DNA of 64,000 nt from the human T2T-CHM13v2.0 reference genome, Homo sapiens: assembly GCF_009914755.1 (NCBI RefSeq), contig NC_060936.1, one strand, 5' to 3'. A model generated the notes under the pieces. It saw only the letters and a list, made by a program, of their open reading frames with translations, was not told the origin of the DNA and searched no databases. The position numbers and the translations under genes were made by a program. Below are positions 46,980 through 62,696 of the stretch, one piece after another (the stretch's first letter is position 1; each line of letters starts with the position of its first letter).

Positions 46980-47972
46980 GAGTGGCAGGTATCGGTAGCA
47001 ATTAAGAAGACATTTCAATGCCCCACCCCACTTTTGTTTATGCTTTATCAATAGGTATACTAAAAGTCATCGCCAACTACCTCAGCCGCTTTTTTTTCTG
47101 TAACATTTTAGGTGAAAAATGCTTTTCAGAATACAAAAGAAGAGACTTGGTTTTGGGTTAGCTGTAATTTATCTCTACTAATTAAAAACTTTCTCCTTAA
47201 TAGAGTAAATTATTTAGATAAATTATTTTCAAACTCAAATTACCTGCTAATTACTGTTCATTCTTAAATCAGAAAAACAGACACTTAGCACAGATCCTTA
47301 GGATTCCTGTAAAATGAACAGTTGGGTTCAGTAGGTGCTTAGAAGTACTAAATTTTTTTTAAATTCTGATTCAGATTTTTTACTAAATCAGGTATTTTTC
47401 TGTGTTTAAAAAAAATCTTGTGACCATATAAAGACTTGTCATAAGGGCTACAATTAGAATTAAGTACTCAATTTAATCATTAGAAGGTTTTAACCATGTG
47501 AGGTTTTCTAATGAGCATATATTTCTTTCAATGAAAACTTACACTGAACAGATACAATCCTTGTCCTAACATCAAAGCAATTGTCTGCAGACCAAACCCA
47601 TCAGTACAACTATCGAATACCTAAAACACTTAATTACATCTTTATTCTCACCATACAATTTTTTTCTCTTATGAGGGGTCATGAAAGGAGTGAATCATGA
47701 AATAATTTGTTTGCCCAAGGTGTTATTAACTTTAGAAATTGCTGGTCTTCTGGGCTGGCCCACTTATCAAAGCCATTTTCAGAACAATTATGACAATGAT
47801 GACTAAATACTTAAGTAGACAAAAGATGTTTGGCGGACAAGGAAAAGGGATGTTGTTAACTGGTCTGTAAAAGGAACCTGAATAAACCCAAGAATTGTAG
47901 GGTACAAAGGTGACCACTGAGAGGAATGGGATCAGTGACAGGAATAGAACAGAAAACGGTTTTAAGAAAAAA

Positions 47973-48290
47973 TGGCCAGGAGTGGTGGCTCATACCTGTA
48001 ATCCCAGCACTTTAGGAGGCTGAGGTGGGCAGATCACTTGAGGTCAGGAGTTTGAGACCAGCCTGGCCAACATGGTGAAACCCCATCTCTACTAAAAATA
48101 CAAAAACTAGCTGGGCATGGTGGCGGGTGCCTGTAATCCCAGCTACTCAGGAGGCTGAGGCAGGAGAATCACTTGAGCCTGGGAGGCAGAGGTTGCAGTG
48201 AGCCGAGAGGTTGCAGTCAGCCAGCCTGGGTGACAGAGCAAGGCTCTGTCTCAAAAAAAAAAAAAAAAAAAAAAGAAAAAGAAAGAAGAA
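47973..48290 (+). mobile_element. AluS
   Basis: Full dimer with long A tail. Confidence 0.92.
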
Positions 48291-48453
48291 AAACATGAAA
48301 TATCACCATCACCACCAGAAAAGAGAAAAAGGTCTGAGATAATACTTAACAGGACTGAAAAAGTTTAACTAATGGGAGGAATTTGGAAAACATATTTAAG
48401 TGTCCATTTAAAACTCTCAACCTGTGCAAATTATGCTTTCAGGTGTTTGAGAC

Positions 48454-48762
48454 TTTTTTTTTTCTTTCTTTTTTTTTTTTTTTTTTTTTTGAGACAGAGT
48501 CTCACTCTGTAGCCCAGGCTCTGGAGTGCAGTGGCATAATCACAGCTCACTGCAGCCTTGATCTCCTGTGCTTAAGCCATCCTCCGACGTCAGCCTCCTG
48601 AGTACCTTGCACCACAGGCGCATACCATCACACCCAGCTAATTTTTGTATTTTATGTAGAGATGGGGTTTCACCATGTTGCCTGGGCTGGTGTCCCAATT
48701 CCTGGGCTCAAGCAATCCTCTTGCTTCAACCTCCCAAAGTGGCCTGAGCCACTGTGCCTGGC
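48454..48762 (-). mobile_element. AluJ
   Basis: Dimer with J-type right arm. Confidence 0.88.
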
Positions 48763-49099
48763 TACATTTATTTTAATAATTGAGAAATTTTAAACCATTG
48801 ACTAGATTCATATTTTCAGACTAACAATTCAAAAAGATTTACTAAGAAAACATGATGCAAATGTAGTCCACTTTCAAGGGCAAGGATCAGACATGAAGTT
48901 TGTGGGTAGCAGTCATCACTTATGTCAGAAAATACTCAAAGAAAATCTGAACATTGGAACACCCTCAGAATTCTTTAGTTCAGTGGTTTAGATTGAATGT
49001 TGAAGACGTGGGAGAAAACGGCACGTTTTGAAGGAAAAGTACATGAGAACTTTGGTGTTGACTTGAAATTACATGAAGTAGAATGGGTATGAAGTAAGA

Positions 49100-49280
49100 T
49101 ATTGTTCAGCTCCTGGCTTCATTGCTCATGCCTTAAGCTCATGAATTCAATTTCTTCCTCTTACCCCAGTCAACTGAAAAACCAGACTGCCTCTTATGGT
49201 TGTTGTGAGGATTAAATGATATACTGTGCATAAAGTGCTTATCAATGCTTGGCACATAGTAAGGTATCAAGAAATGTTAA
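49100..49280 (+). mobile_element. MIR
   Basis: ggttgttgtgaggattaaatga...ttggcacatagtaag. Confidence 0.65.
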
Positions 49281-49631
49281 TTTCTTTTTTTATTTATAAC
49301 TAAACATACCAGATAATATTTAGCAAAGCAATCAGCAAAGCCTTCAAAGTTCTTTCCCACAGTTTTTTGGTTTCACTGGTTGCGTAGACTTGCAATGGCA
49401 AAAAGTCACAAGTTTTTCACAATACTCACATAAAATTCTTAATACCCAAAAAATCTATTATCACACATAATTATAACAAGTAGATTTTGTGCCTAGTGAC
49501 ACATATTTTTAAATTTTTGAATAATACAAGTTGGAAAACTAACATGTTCCATTTTGACTTGAGGTTGCAAATTTCTTAGTCTGGAGCCAACATGGAACTT
49601 CTTAAAGAATAAGGCAATAATAAGCATGTAG

Positions 49632-50004
<373 letters not shown>

Positions 50005-50583
50005 AATATTAGTGATTTCTAAAGAGATTTTTGTACCAAGTTTTGAGAAAAATATTCTTGCTTCTATTAATATTTTCAAAGATGTATAAATGAATACAGA
50101 TGATAATTTTTAAGGATTCTATGCAAGATTTGCTACCCCTTCCAATGCTTTTCCTGTCCCAAATCCAGAAACATAAACATGCTATAACAGGCAAAATGTC
50201 ATTATTGAGATACAGTATCTACATTATGGATCCTCAACATCTCCCTAACAATACTCACACAGGCTCACATTAATAAACTGTGCTTGCAGACATGTCCATT
50301 CAGTGGTTTACTGATGAACTTAGAAAAAAAAATGTTGGCATATTGGTAAAGTGCAAATATAGCCCTTTTTAAAAAAGTCTGGCAATATTTAAAGTAAAAG
50401 TATAATGTAAATTTTTTTCAAAGTGTAAAATATTGAGTACTAATTATATTTGAGAATAATGCCTAATTATGCATGTTAAATGTATAACTTTGCCATTTGA
50501 AATCTTGTTTAACATGTCCCTTATTAAGCTACTAAATGTATTTTGTGGTCCTTATATTTTCCAAGTAGATCTTTTAAAAAATT

Positions 50584-50900
<317 letters not shown>

Positions 50901-52470
50901 CAAGCATTAAGCCCATCAATACTGTTCTTTGCTTTCTGTGAATTTATATTATCTCCTGATATATATCTAACATTATTCTGTTTAGTTATTCAGTCATTCA
51001 CTCAGTTTTGAGTGTGCCTCACAATATGGAGGAGTTTGGATTGTCTGTATCCCTGTGCACATATTCCAGCCAAGGCTGCAGGAGAAACACTTAGAAGTGC
51101 ATTTCTTTGTTTGGGGCAGTCATCTAAACTCATCTTCAGCACAGTTATAGTCCTCCTGCTGTACTCCTCTCCCTTCCTATCTCAGGGGAAGAAGCATAAG
51201 AAGTGGGGATAGGAGCTTCTAAATGTTGCTCCAATCCCCCAAATTCAGATGTGAAGGAAAGAGGGCATGAGTAAGGGTGTGCCCCACAGTGACAGCCACT
51301 GGCCTGTGCAAGGAGTCCCTGAAGGTGTGAGAATGGAAAGAGCTTTCTCATGTCTATGATTGTAAGTTGTTAGCACCCATTCTCCTCCACTCCTGCTCAT
51401 CATTTCCTCATTTATGACTCTGACATTCTAGCTTACTTGCCTGAGAATTTAGCTGCAATAACTCTTTCTTCCACCTGCTGGCTTTTTAGCCATCAACCTC
51501 CCTAGCTTGATAAGGAGGGGAGGACTAAAAAGGCTACAAGATCAATTCTAACTCTGTAATTCTATAGAATTCACTAAAGTTTTGTATTAAATTTTATAAA
51601 TGACAAACTGCTTCATTAACCTTAGCTATTAACATAATTTTTGTCAGAGTCCATGAGTATCTTGTTCTGTATTGCGGGACTAGTTTTGCTGCCTGTTATA
51701 CATATTGTGCTTTTGTAGTTAAAATGGTCTCTAAAATGGATTTAATTTGTACAAGGATAAAGGGGAAAATATGACTCATTTCAGGGCCTTAGACAAAAAT
51801 AAGATGTGCTGACTTATGGTCTTGTGGGAGGAACTGATTGATGTACTCAAAGCCAATTACAACCACTATGGCAGAGGCACAAAGTAGTGCCATGAGAATC
51901 CAAAGAAAACCCAGCTTCACAAAAGGGGTGCCATGTTAGCTGGCTCTTGACAGCTGCATTGGAAACAAGGTAGATTATAGGTAAAGGCATGGAAAGTTAG
52001 AGGCCTGCTCTGAGAGTGAAATATGGATGGAGCATAGAGGGGGGCAAATCAAAGTGTGATTGATTTTAAGAAACAGACCTGGTACAGTGCTTGGCTTATA
52101 AGAGATGCCCAGTCGATGTTGAAAGAAAAGAAGATGGATTATGTCACTCTTCTGCTCAAAATCTTCCCATCACATTTGGAATAAAACCCTAGGACCATAT
52201 CCTGCTTCATAAGCGCCTATAATCCCTGCCCGCTTCCCCTCTCACCTCATGTCTTACTATTCTTCACCCTGGTTAGTTCTGCTCTGGCCCACTGTCTGGT
52301 GAAACCCATTTCTGCCTCAGAATGTGCATCTGCAGTTCCCTCTGCTAATCCCATTCTCCTTTCAGATATACACGCAGCTCCACCTCTCACCTCCCTCAGG
52401 TTCCTGGTCAAATATCTCCTGCTGAGAGATGTCTTTTTTTCTGTCCAAGCTACCTGGAATACTCACCTTC

Positions 52471-53458
<988 letters not shown>

Positions 53459-53869
53459 TACTTTGATTTTTTAATAGCACTTATCACTGCCCAATATTGC
53501 ATCCTTTATTGATTTGTCAATATTCTATCTCCTTCACTAGGCTATATGTTAAGTCATCAAGCATAGGGATTTCACTTAGCTTACCACTGTTATCTCCAGT
53601 GCCTAGTACATAGTAGGTCGCAATAAATTATTTGGAAAAGGAAAGGAGAGAGCAAGGGGCTAGTTGGTGGGCTTTGAATACAATGTCCAATTATTCTGAA
53701 GGACACTGTCTTCCAGTCACACATGTTTACTCATTTCCCAGCTTACAAATAAACACTTCATGAATCCTTATCATCTTTTGCTTGATTCAATGGGACTATA
53801 TTAAGTACTTAGCATGTAGATGGTATACTATTATGCATGAAGTAGAAACAAAAGAAATAAGTAGATATT

Positions 53870-54200
53870 CTTTCAGTCAACAAACATTTGTTGGGTACAT
53901 CTTATTGTCAGGTGCTAGTCTAGGTGCTGGGAATATAGCAATGAATAAGACAGATATACTGTCACAGAGCTTGTAGTTCAACAGGGAGAGTTAGAATGAA
54001 GAATGATGAGCATATTACTTAAGGGAAAAGAGTAGGTACTCTAGTAGATGAAAGTTTATTAGAGGAAAGTTTGTTCAAACTCAGGCCTGAGAGATGAGTT
54101 GGCCAAACAGAAGAGGAAAGATGAAGAGTATCTCGGAACAAGGAAACAGAATGTGCAAAAGGAAGTGTGAGGAAATCAGAGAAGTTGTATATGGCGGAAA
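53870..54200 (-). mobile_element. L2 3' end
   Basis: tcaacaaacatttgttggg...ctaggtgctgggaatatagcaatgaataagacag. Confidence 0.7.
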
Positions 54201-54289
54201 GCTGAAGTTCTCAGTCTTCCAGATGCTTACAATCCAGGTGGGGAGATAAGACATGGACATGTGAAACAGTTACATAAGAATGCAAGCAA

Positions 54290-54978
54290 CACAGATGGAA
54301 CTGAAGATCATTTTCTTAAGTGAAATAAGCCAGGTAAAAAAAAGACAAATATTGCATGTTCTCATTTATATGTAGCCGCTAAAAAATTGGATGAGATGGA
54401 GGTAGAAAGTAGAAAGAGAGATAACAGAGACTGGGAAGGATGAGAAGGGTTGGGGAGGAGGATGAAGGGACGTGTGTTAAAGGGTACAAACATGGTAAGA
54501 TAGAAGGAATAAATTTAATGTTTGATAGCAGAGTAAAGTGACTATAATCAACAAAAATGTATTGAACTCGGGTGACAAACACCCCTAAATACCCTGACTT
54601 GATCACTATGTATTACATACATGTGACAAAATTTCACATGTACCCCATAAATTTGTACAAATAATAAATAAATAAATATGGGCCAGGCACAGTGGCTCAC
54701 GCCTGTAATCCCAGCACTTCGGGAGGCTGAGGTAGAAGGACTGCTTAAGTCTAGGAGTCCAAGACCAGTCTCACAAAACTCCATCTCTACAAAAAAATAT
54801 AAAAATTAGCCGGGTGTGGTGGTACACTTGTAGTCCCAGCTACTCAGGAGGGTGAGGCAGGGGAATCACTTGAGCCCAGGAGGCAGAGGTTGCAGTGAGC
54901 CAAGATCACACACCTCTGCACTCCAGCCTGGGTGACAGAGTGAAACCCCATCTCAAAAAAATAAAAATAAGTAAATAT
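54290..54978 (+). mobile_element. L1MA 3' end with an Alu in its A tail
   Basis: 3'UTR to ~54680; TSD gaatgcaag. Confidence 0.8.
54681..54964 (+). mobile_element. Alu
   Basis: Dimer; TSD aaataa(a/g)taaatatg. Confidence 0.88.
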
Positions 54979-56515
54979 GAATGCAAGTACCTGTAAGAAA
55001 AAGATCACTGGTTATAGTACTGAGTGCAACAGATTGTGAGTCCTGTAGAAGAGAAAAGAGAGGACAGTGTGGGCTGAAGGTGCCTACATGTCCACAAGAA
55101 GCAGATAACATGCAGGCAGAATATGGAAAAGGTATCTGGAATGCGGCTAGATAAACAAAGGTAAGAAGCCTTCTAATCAGGAGAATCGAATCAGTATTTT
55201 GGAGAATAGGATGGGCTAGGACTGCTTAGAGTGTTAACATGGGAATGGAGGGAATAATAAAGTTTGATAGCAAGGTTACAAAAGGCGGCCCTTGAAAATA
55301 AGCCTGAAGAATTTAGACTTTATCTTGAGGAGTATTAGGAGAGAGTGAAAGTAAAATGTCGGTGAATAACTGACTCCATAACAAATACTTATTGATTACC
55401 CATTATATGCCAGGTACTACACTGTGCCAATACAGCAGTGAATAAAACACATCCCTGCCTTCATGGAGGTTATAAAGAAAACACGTTAGATGATAAAGAT
55501 ATGTAGGATAAACTGGGCAGGAAGATATGCCCTTACGAAGAGAAAGGGATGCACATGGAATACATTTGCAAAATAGGAAAAAAAGGAATTGGACAATGAA
55601 TGAATACGGAGAACAAAGGCAAGACAAGAGTTTTGGGTCTTTGCTTTGCTTTACTTTCCTACTTGCCATTCTGTTTATCCTCACAATTGAGAAATTAGTC
55701 TGAATTTAAGACTTTTAAAGAATTGAGTGTTGACTGACACCTGTTTACTAGGCTATTAAAATTTTTTATTTTTACAAACAGCTTTACAACAATCTAAATT
55801 ATTTAAAACACAGATTCTCTCAGTCTCTCTGTTGTCTTATATGGGTGGCTTACCTAAACCAGTCAGAAACTGTGTAATAAGTAATTTGCAATAATGGTTG
55901 AAATAGAAACAGTGTATTGCACATAGTAGGCATTCAGTAAAAGTATCTGTAAATGAATGAATAAAGTTTTCTAATTATTTACTTTAATAAGTTAGAGCAG
56001 AATCAGGGTTTTCTGATAAGAATGTTTTTCTTACTTACCTGAGTTCTAATATACTTCCCTGAGTGTGTAGAGAAAAAGAAGGGTGGTGAGTAACATACTG
56101 CAGTTAGAAGGGGAATCTCCCATAATCTCCAGTTTGTCTTATCTATGCCAGAGGCCACCATTTAGTAGAAAACAATGGAATGTGATAGTCATCCAGTATG
56201 TGTTTCCAAGGGGGAAAAAGTATTTGAGATCTTCTGCCTTAAAAATCATCCTCAAATGTCATCATTCTACAAATCAGTTGTTTTCCTTTTTCCATATCCC
56301 TTTCTGATTTGCTCTAATGCATACATATTAGTTGTATATGTATAGTATATTCATTTTTATTTAATATTAAGCTGGAAATTTAAAATGAAACATTAAAGGT
56401 CATCTATGGCAGATTCTTCTACTATGTAAGGTAATCTGGTAGGTTTATAACCCAGGCATTTGGCAATGAGTTGTGGCTAATTGCCTTTGTATATGGTAGA
56501 GTTTCCTTGCTTCTT

Positions 56516-56830
56516 CTTTTATTTCTTTTTTTTTTTTTTGGGGGGGGGAAATGGAGTCTCACTCTGTTGCCCAGGCTGGAGTGCAGTGGTGTGATCTCGG
56601 CTCACTGCAAACTCTGCCCCCTGGGTTCAAGCAACTGTCTGCCTCAGCCTCCAGAGGAGCTGGGGTTACAGGCTACTGCCACCACACCCGGCTATTTTTT
56701 ATTTTTATTTTTAGTAGAGACAAGGTTTCACCATCTTGGTCAGGCTGGTCTTGAACTCCTGACCTTGTGATCCACCTGCCTCGGCCTCCCAAAGTGCTGG
56801 GATTACAGGTGTGAGCCACTGTGCCTGGCC
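56516..56830 (-). mobile_element. AluS
   Basis: Perfect 16-bp TSD AGTTTCCTTGCTTCTT at 56500-56515 and 56831-56846. Confidence 0.93.
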
Positions 56831-56939
56831 AGTTTCCTTGCTTCTTTAAACTTCTCCACCCCTGCAAAACCATCCTCCCTCACCCAACAGATAACCCGAA
56901 GATGACTCATGTTCTTCACACACAAACACACCTTTTACT

Positions 56940-57010
56940 TTAACTTACACACTTTCTACTCTCTGGGCTGCCTTCACTGCAGCCCACAGAGTAGAAAGTG
57001 TATAAGTTAA
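56940..57010. repeat. 71-bp near-perfect inverted repeat (32-bp arms, 7-nt loop)
   Basis: Arms 56940-56971 and 56979-57010 are complementary at 30/32 positions. Confidence 0.95.
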
Positions 57011-57059
57011 TTTTCAACGCAGATTTCATTCACTGAGAAAAGTTTAATGAAAAAAGAAT

Positions 57060-57366
57060 CGCTGGCTGTGGTGGCTAACGCTTGTAATCTCAACACTTTG
57101 GGAAGCTGAGGTAGGTGGACTGCTTGAGTCCAGGAGTTCAAGGCCGGCCTGGGCAACATGGTGAAACCCCATCTCTACAAAAAACGCTAAAGTTAGCCAG
57201 GCATGGTCGTGCATGCCTGTAGTCTCAGCTACTTGGGAGGCTGAGGCAGGAGCATCATTTGAGCCTGGGATGTGGAGGTGCAGTGAGCCGAGATCACACC
57301 ATTCCATTCCAGCCTAGGTGACAGAGAGGGACCCTGTCTCCAAAAAAAAAAAAAAAAAAAAAAAAA
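57060..57366 (+). mobile_element. AluJ
   Basis: Full dimer with long A tail. Confidence 0.9.
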
Positions 57367-57669
57367 ACCCAAAACCAATTACATTACAGAAAATTAGGAA
57401 TATAAAGACAAAAAATTACCTATAAAGCTAATCATTAATATAAAAGATTGATTTTTAGTCCATCTGTTTTAGCCCTTTGTAAAGCTAGTTTTTAAATTAT
57501 AAAAGTAATAAAGTAATACAGAGGTTTTGTTTTCAGTAATGGCACAATAGCTTATATTGGACTGTTTTCCACAGATAACAATTTTGGACCCTGGACAAAA
57601 TTTTTTAAAAAACCAAAACACTGGAAAGTTACCAAAAGTAATCACAAAGTAAAAAAGACTCCACCCTGG

Positions 57670-58027
57670 TACTGTGGTTGGAATGTGTCCCCCAGATTTC
57701 ATGCTTTGTAAACTTAATCCGCTAATTTATATGTTGATAGTATTTGAAGGTGAGGGTTTTGGGAGCTAATTAGGATTAGATAAAGTCATCAGGATGGGGC
57801 CCCTGTGATGGGGGAAGAGGAAGGGAGACCTGGGCTGGCACGCTCCTGCCCTCTCGCTATGTGATGCCCTCTGCCATTTTATGACACAGCATGAGGTCAC
57901 AGCCAGATGCAGCTGCCTGATCTTGAATTTCCCAGCCTCTAGAATGATGAGTTAAATCAACCTCTTTTCTTTATAAATTGCCTAGTCTCAGGTATTCTGT
58001 TATAGCAACAGAAAATGGACTAATACA
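57670..58027 (+). mobile_element. MSTC-like MaLR solo LTR
   Basis: Ends gcaacagaaaatggactaataca; 5-bp TSD CCTGG at 57665-57669 and 58028-58032. Confidence 0.85.
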
Positions 58028-58146
58028 CCTGGAAAGGAAGGGAACACCACTTAGTAAAATCCATGTTTAAACAGATTAATCCCCGAGGGCATTTTCCAAT
58101 TAATGCTGTGGAAGTTAGAACTCAAGCTGAAGTCTGATTGGCTTTA

Positions 58147-58644
<498 letters not shown>

Positions 58645-59796
58645 AAAATGCTGAGCAGAGATTTCAGTTGTTGCTCACCATAAGATAGATAGATTTTGGA
58701 GTTTGAAGGCTACAAAGTCAAAAAGGGGCTTAGTAAACACCTCAAGCTTTCAATAGAAACTTGAGAGGAGCCACACCTTTGAGTAAAGACTCTTTCCTAG
58801 GACTAAGGATTTATTCTAAAACTAAGGATAAAATTGAAATAGATACATCTTAAAATTATAAAAACCAAGCTTACACAAGTTCAAAGTCATTAGCCAAAAA
58901 CTTGGCTGCCTGCTAGAATGAAAATCAGCATTCTTCAGAGGAAGATAATGTTTTATCCACAATGTCTAGTATAAAAAAATTAAACATGTAATGAAACAGG
59001 AAAATGTGACTCAAGATCAAGAGAAAGAGTAGTCAACACAAATAAATCCTGACATGACCTACATTAGCAAGAATTTTAAAGCAGTTATAAATATTTTCAA
59101 GGACTTAAAGGAAAATGTAGCCATAGTGAGTGAACAGGTGAAGGAATCTCAGGAGAGATTAAAAAAAGAACTAAAATGAAATTCTAGAACTGAAAAGTGT
59201 AATATCCGAAATTTAAAAAAATCTCTGCATGGGTCTACCACCAGAGTGAAGGTGGCAAAAGGGTCAGTGAATGTGAAGAGAAGTCAACAGAAAATGTCTA
59301 ATCTGAAGAACAGAAAAGAACAGGATGAAGAAAAAACGAACAAAGCCTTAGTGAGCATTTGGACAATATTAAGTATTCTAATGTGCATGCAGTTGAAATC
59401 TATGGAGAGGAGAGAAATAATGTAATGGAGAAGAAGGAAAATTTGAAAAAGGTAATGACTGAAATTTTCTCAAATTTGGTGAAAATATCAACTAAAAATC
59501 CAAAAATCTCAGTGAATGCCTAGTAGCCAAAAGACAAAGAAAACCGCAATATGTACTACCAAATATAAAGAGATGGTCTTAAAACAATGAAAGGAAAAAA
59601 TTACATATAGGAAAACAATTAATTATAACTGAATTCTCATCAAAAACAATGGAGATCAGAAGACAATGGTATGACAAGTTTAAAAGGCCGAATACAAAAA
59701 GGGATACAAAAAGGAATACAAAAAGATGTCGAAGGCAAATGACATGGTATGACAATTTGGATCTACAGGAGCAAAAGGTAAACACAAAAGACCATC

Positions 59797-60315
59797 TATA
59801 TTAGTTTCTTGTTGCTGCTGTAACAAATTACTACAAAGTTAGTGGCTTAAAACAAGACAAATTGATCTTATGACTCGAGGTCAGAATTCTGAAATGAGTC
59901 TGTCTTAGGCTAAAATTAAGGGGTTAGCAGAGCAGTGTTACTTCTGGAGGCTTTAGGGCAAAATAAATGTCCTTGCTTTCTCCAACTTTTAGAGGCCACC
60001 TGCATTCTTGCTCATAGTCCCATTTCTCTATCTTCAAAGCCACCAATGGCTTTGAAGTCAAGCCCTTTTCACGTTACCATTTGCATTGGTCCTCTACTGC
60101 ATCCTTCTTTTCATTTTAAGGATCCTTATGATTACACTGAGACCTTCTGGGTAATTCAGAATGTCCTCCCTATCCTAACAGCAGTTGATTAGCAAGTGTA
60201 ATTCTATCTGCTACCTTAATTTCCCTTTACCATAGGACCTAACATATTGAGAAATTCTAGAGATTAGGACCTGGACTTCTTATTGCACGGGGAGGGCATT
60301 ATTCTGCCTACTACA
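59797..60315 (-). mobile_element. MLT1D-like MaLR solo LTR
   Basis: tattagtttcttgttgctgctgtaacaaattac...cattattctgcctactaca. Confidence 0.85.
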
Positions 60316-61890
60316 CCAATTTTTTTTCCTCTTAATTTCTTAAGTATAACTGTTATTGCACAAATCATAACATAGTATTTTGGCATTAATAAATAAGTAG
60401 ATATAAAATGTATGATAGCAATAGCACAAGGGGTGAAAGGGGGTAAATAGGATAAACTGCTGTAAGTTTACATGAAGTGGTATCATATTAACTCGTAGCA
60501 GACTATATTAGGGATGCATATTATCATCCCTAGAGCAAAGTTTCTTAAATAGAGTTCTATGGAACCTAGGTTTCTGCAAGATGTTGCTAGTTTTGAATTA
60601 CCTTCTCTAATCTTCTATTTCATGCCACACACTGACTTACGTTAGTGAACAAGCTCTGTCAGTGAAATAGCAAATAGGAAGTTTTCCTTCTAAAGAAGGA
60701 ATTTTATTTGATAAGATTTACTTGCACCCTGGCCACTCCACTGTTGTTATAAATGTTGAAAACATAAATTATGTAGGCTAGAAGTAAATTGCATTGTGAA
60801 AATTTTGGCATTTTTTTGTGATTTACACACTTAGTTATCATACCCTTTTGTTACGTATTTTATTAGAGTTTATGTTTTATAAAAATGCCTGATGATCTAG
60901 TATGGTGACTTTTGAAGAAGAGGTGTGAGAAGGATGAGAGGTATTTTAGGCCAACACTTATTTAAAATTCTAATATGTTAGTAATGAATAATTATAATCT
61001 TCAGAGTCATTTCATTACACAAGTGCAACAAAGGACATAAAGTCTGTCTTTACAATAATGCTCTTTATCAATAGGTTTTACATGGACTAGGAATCCAAGT
61101 TTTCCTATTCCATTGTGTATCATTGGCATTCACCAATTTCTAAATGTAACGGTAGTTCCACCAAAAATGAAAAGACACTTAAAAATTACTACCATTTGAC
61201 GACCAGAGATGCTGATTACTTTATGTGGCAAGTTCAACCTCAAAACATAATGAAACTTTTACTTTTTTAAAAAAGTCACATTCTATGAAAAGTCTCAGCA
61301 ATTTATTTAATAAGAGAACTTATTGCTCAGAAAAGGAAAAGTCACACATTTGGTGAGAACATAATAATGCATTATTCAAAATTGTAGTGAGTTAAAGGCT
61401 AGAACAAGATGCAGCATAAGAAATTGAAAAGTTCCATTCTCAAATAGTACAATAAGTTGACATACTGATAACATGTCTCATGATGGTAAAGAAATGTTCT
61501 ATAATAAATTGAAAATTAATAACTTCTCTAGGTTTATGAGGCAACAGATGTCATTAATATATGTCATACTGTACCATTTGTAAGATTTTTAGTTAATGGT
61601 AAAATATTAAACTTTTTTTTCTGCTGCAAAGAGCTGCCTGCAATAAGCAAAGCCCAAGATACATTTAATGTTTTGTCCTCGTAACTGGAAACAAATGGCC
61701 AGTCTTAAAGAAACTCTATTGGTATCTGTACTAATGATGCCCCATCAATGGTTGGCTGCAGCCTCTTGTTAAAACAAAACAACAAAACACACACACACAA
61801 AAAAAAAGGAAAGAAAATGCTGTTTTTGATGTCACAGTACTCTGTTTTCTTTACAGATAGATGCTAGTGTCAAAAACTCTTAGAGATGAA

Positions 61891-62195
<305 letters not shown>

Positions 62196-62381
62196 TCAGA
62201 TGATGCTACCAAAAAATGGTTAACTGTGTTAAACAAAGATCAAGTCACTCAAGAATGTTTTTAAAAACTGCATGAAAATCTGGAAAATCAGTGAGTAAAT
62301 CACTTGCTACATACAGAAATCTAGGGGCTTAGTAGAGGAAGAGTTCTCAATAGAGTGCTTGAACTTAAAACCTTGCAGGAG

Positions 62382-62696
62382 GTTTTTTTTGTTTGTTTGT
62401 TTTTGAGGCAGGGTCTCACTCTGTCACCCAGTCTGGCATGAAGTGGCACAATCTCAGCTCACTACAACCTCTACTTCCCAGGCTCAAGCATTCCTCCAGC
62501 CTCAGCCTCATGAATAGCTGGGACTACAGGCATGAGCCACCAAGCCTAACTAATTTTTTTTTTTTTTTTTTTTTTTTTTAGAGATGGGGTTTAGTCATGT
62601 TGCCCAGGCAGGTCTTGAACTCCTGAGCTCAAAGGGATCAGCCTGACTCAGCCTCCCGAAGTACTGGGATTACAGACATGAGCCACTGCACCCAGC
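62382..62696 (-). mobile_element. AluJ
   Basis: Dimer; TSD tgcag(g/a)ag. Confidence 0.88.
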
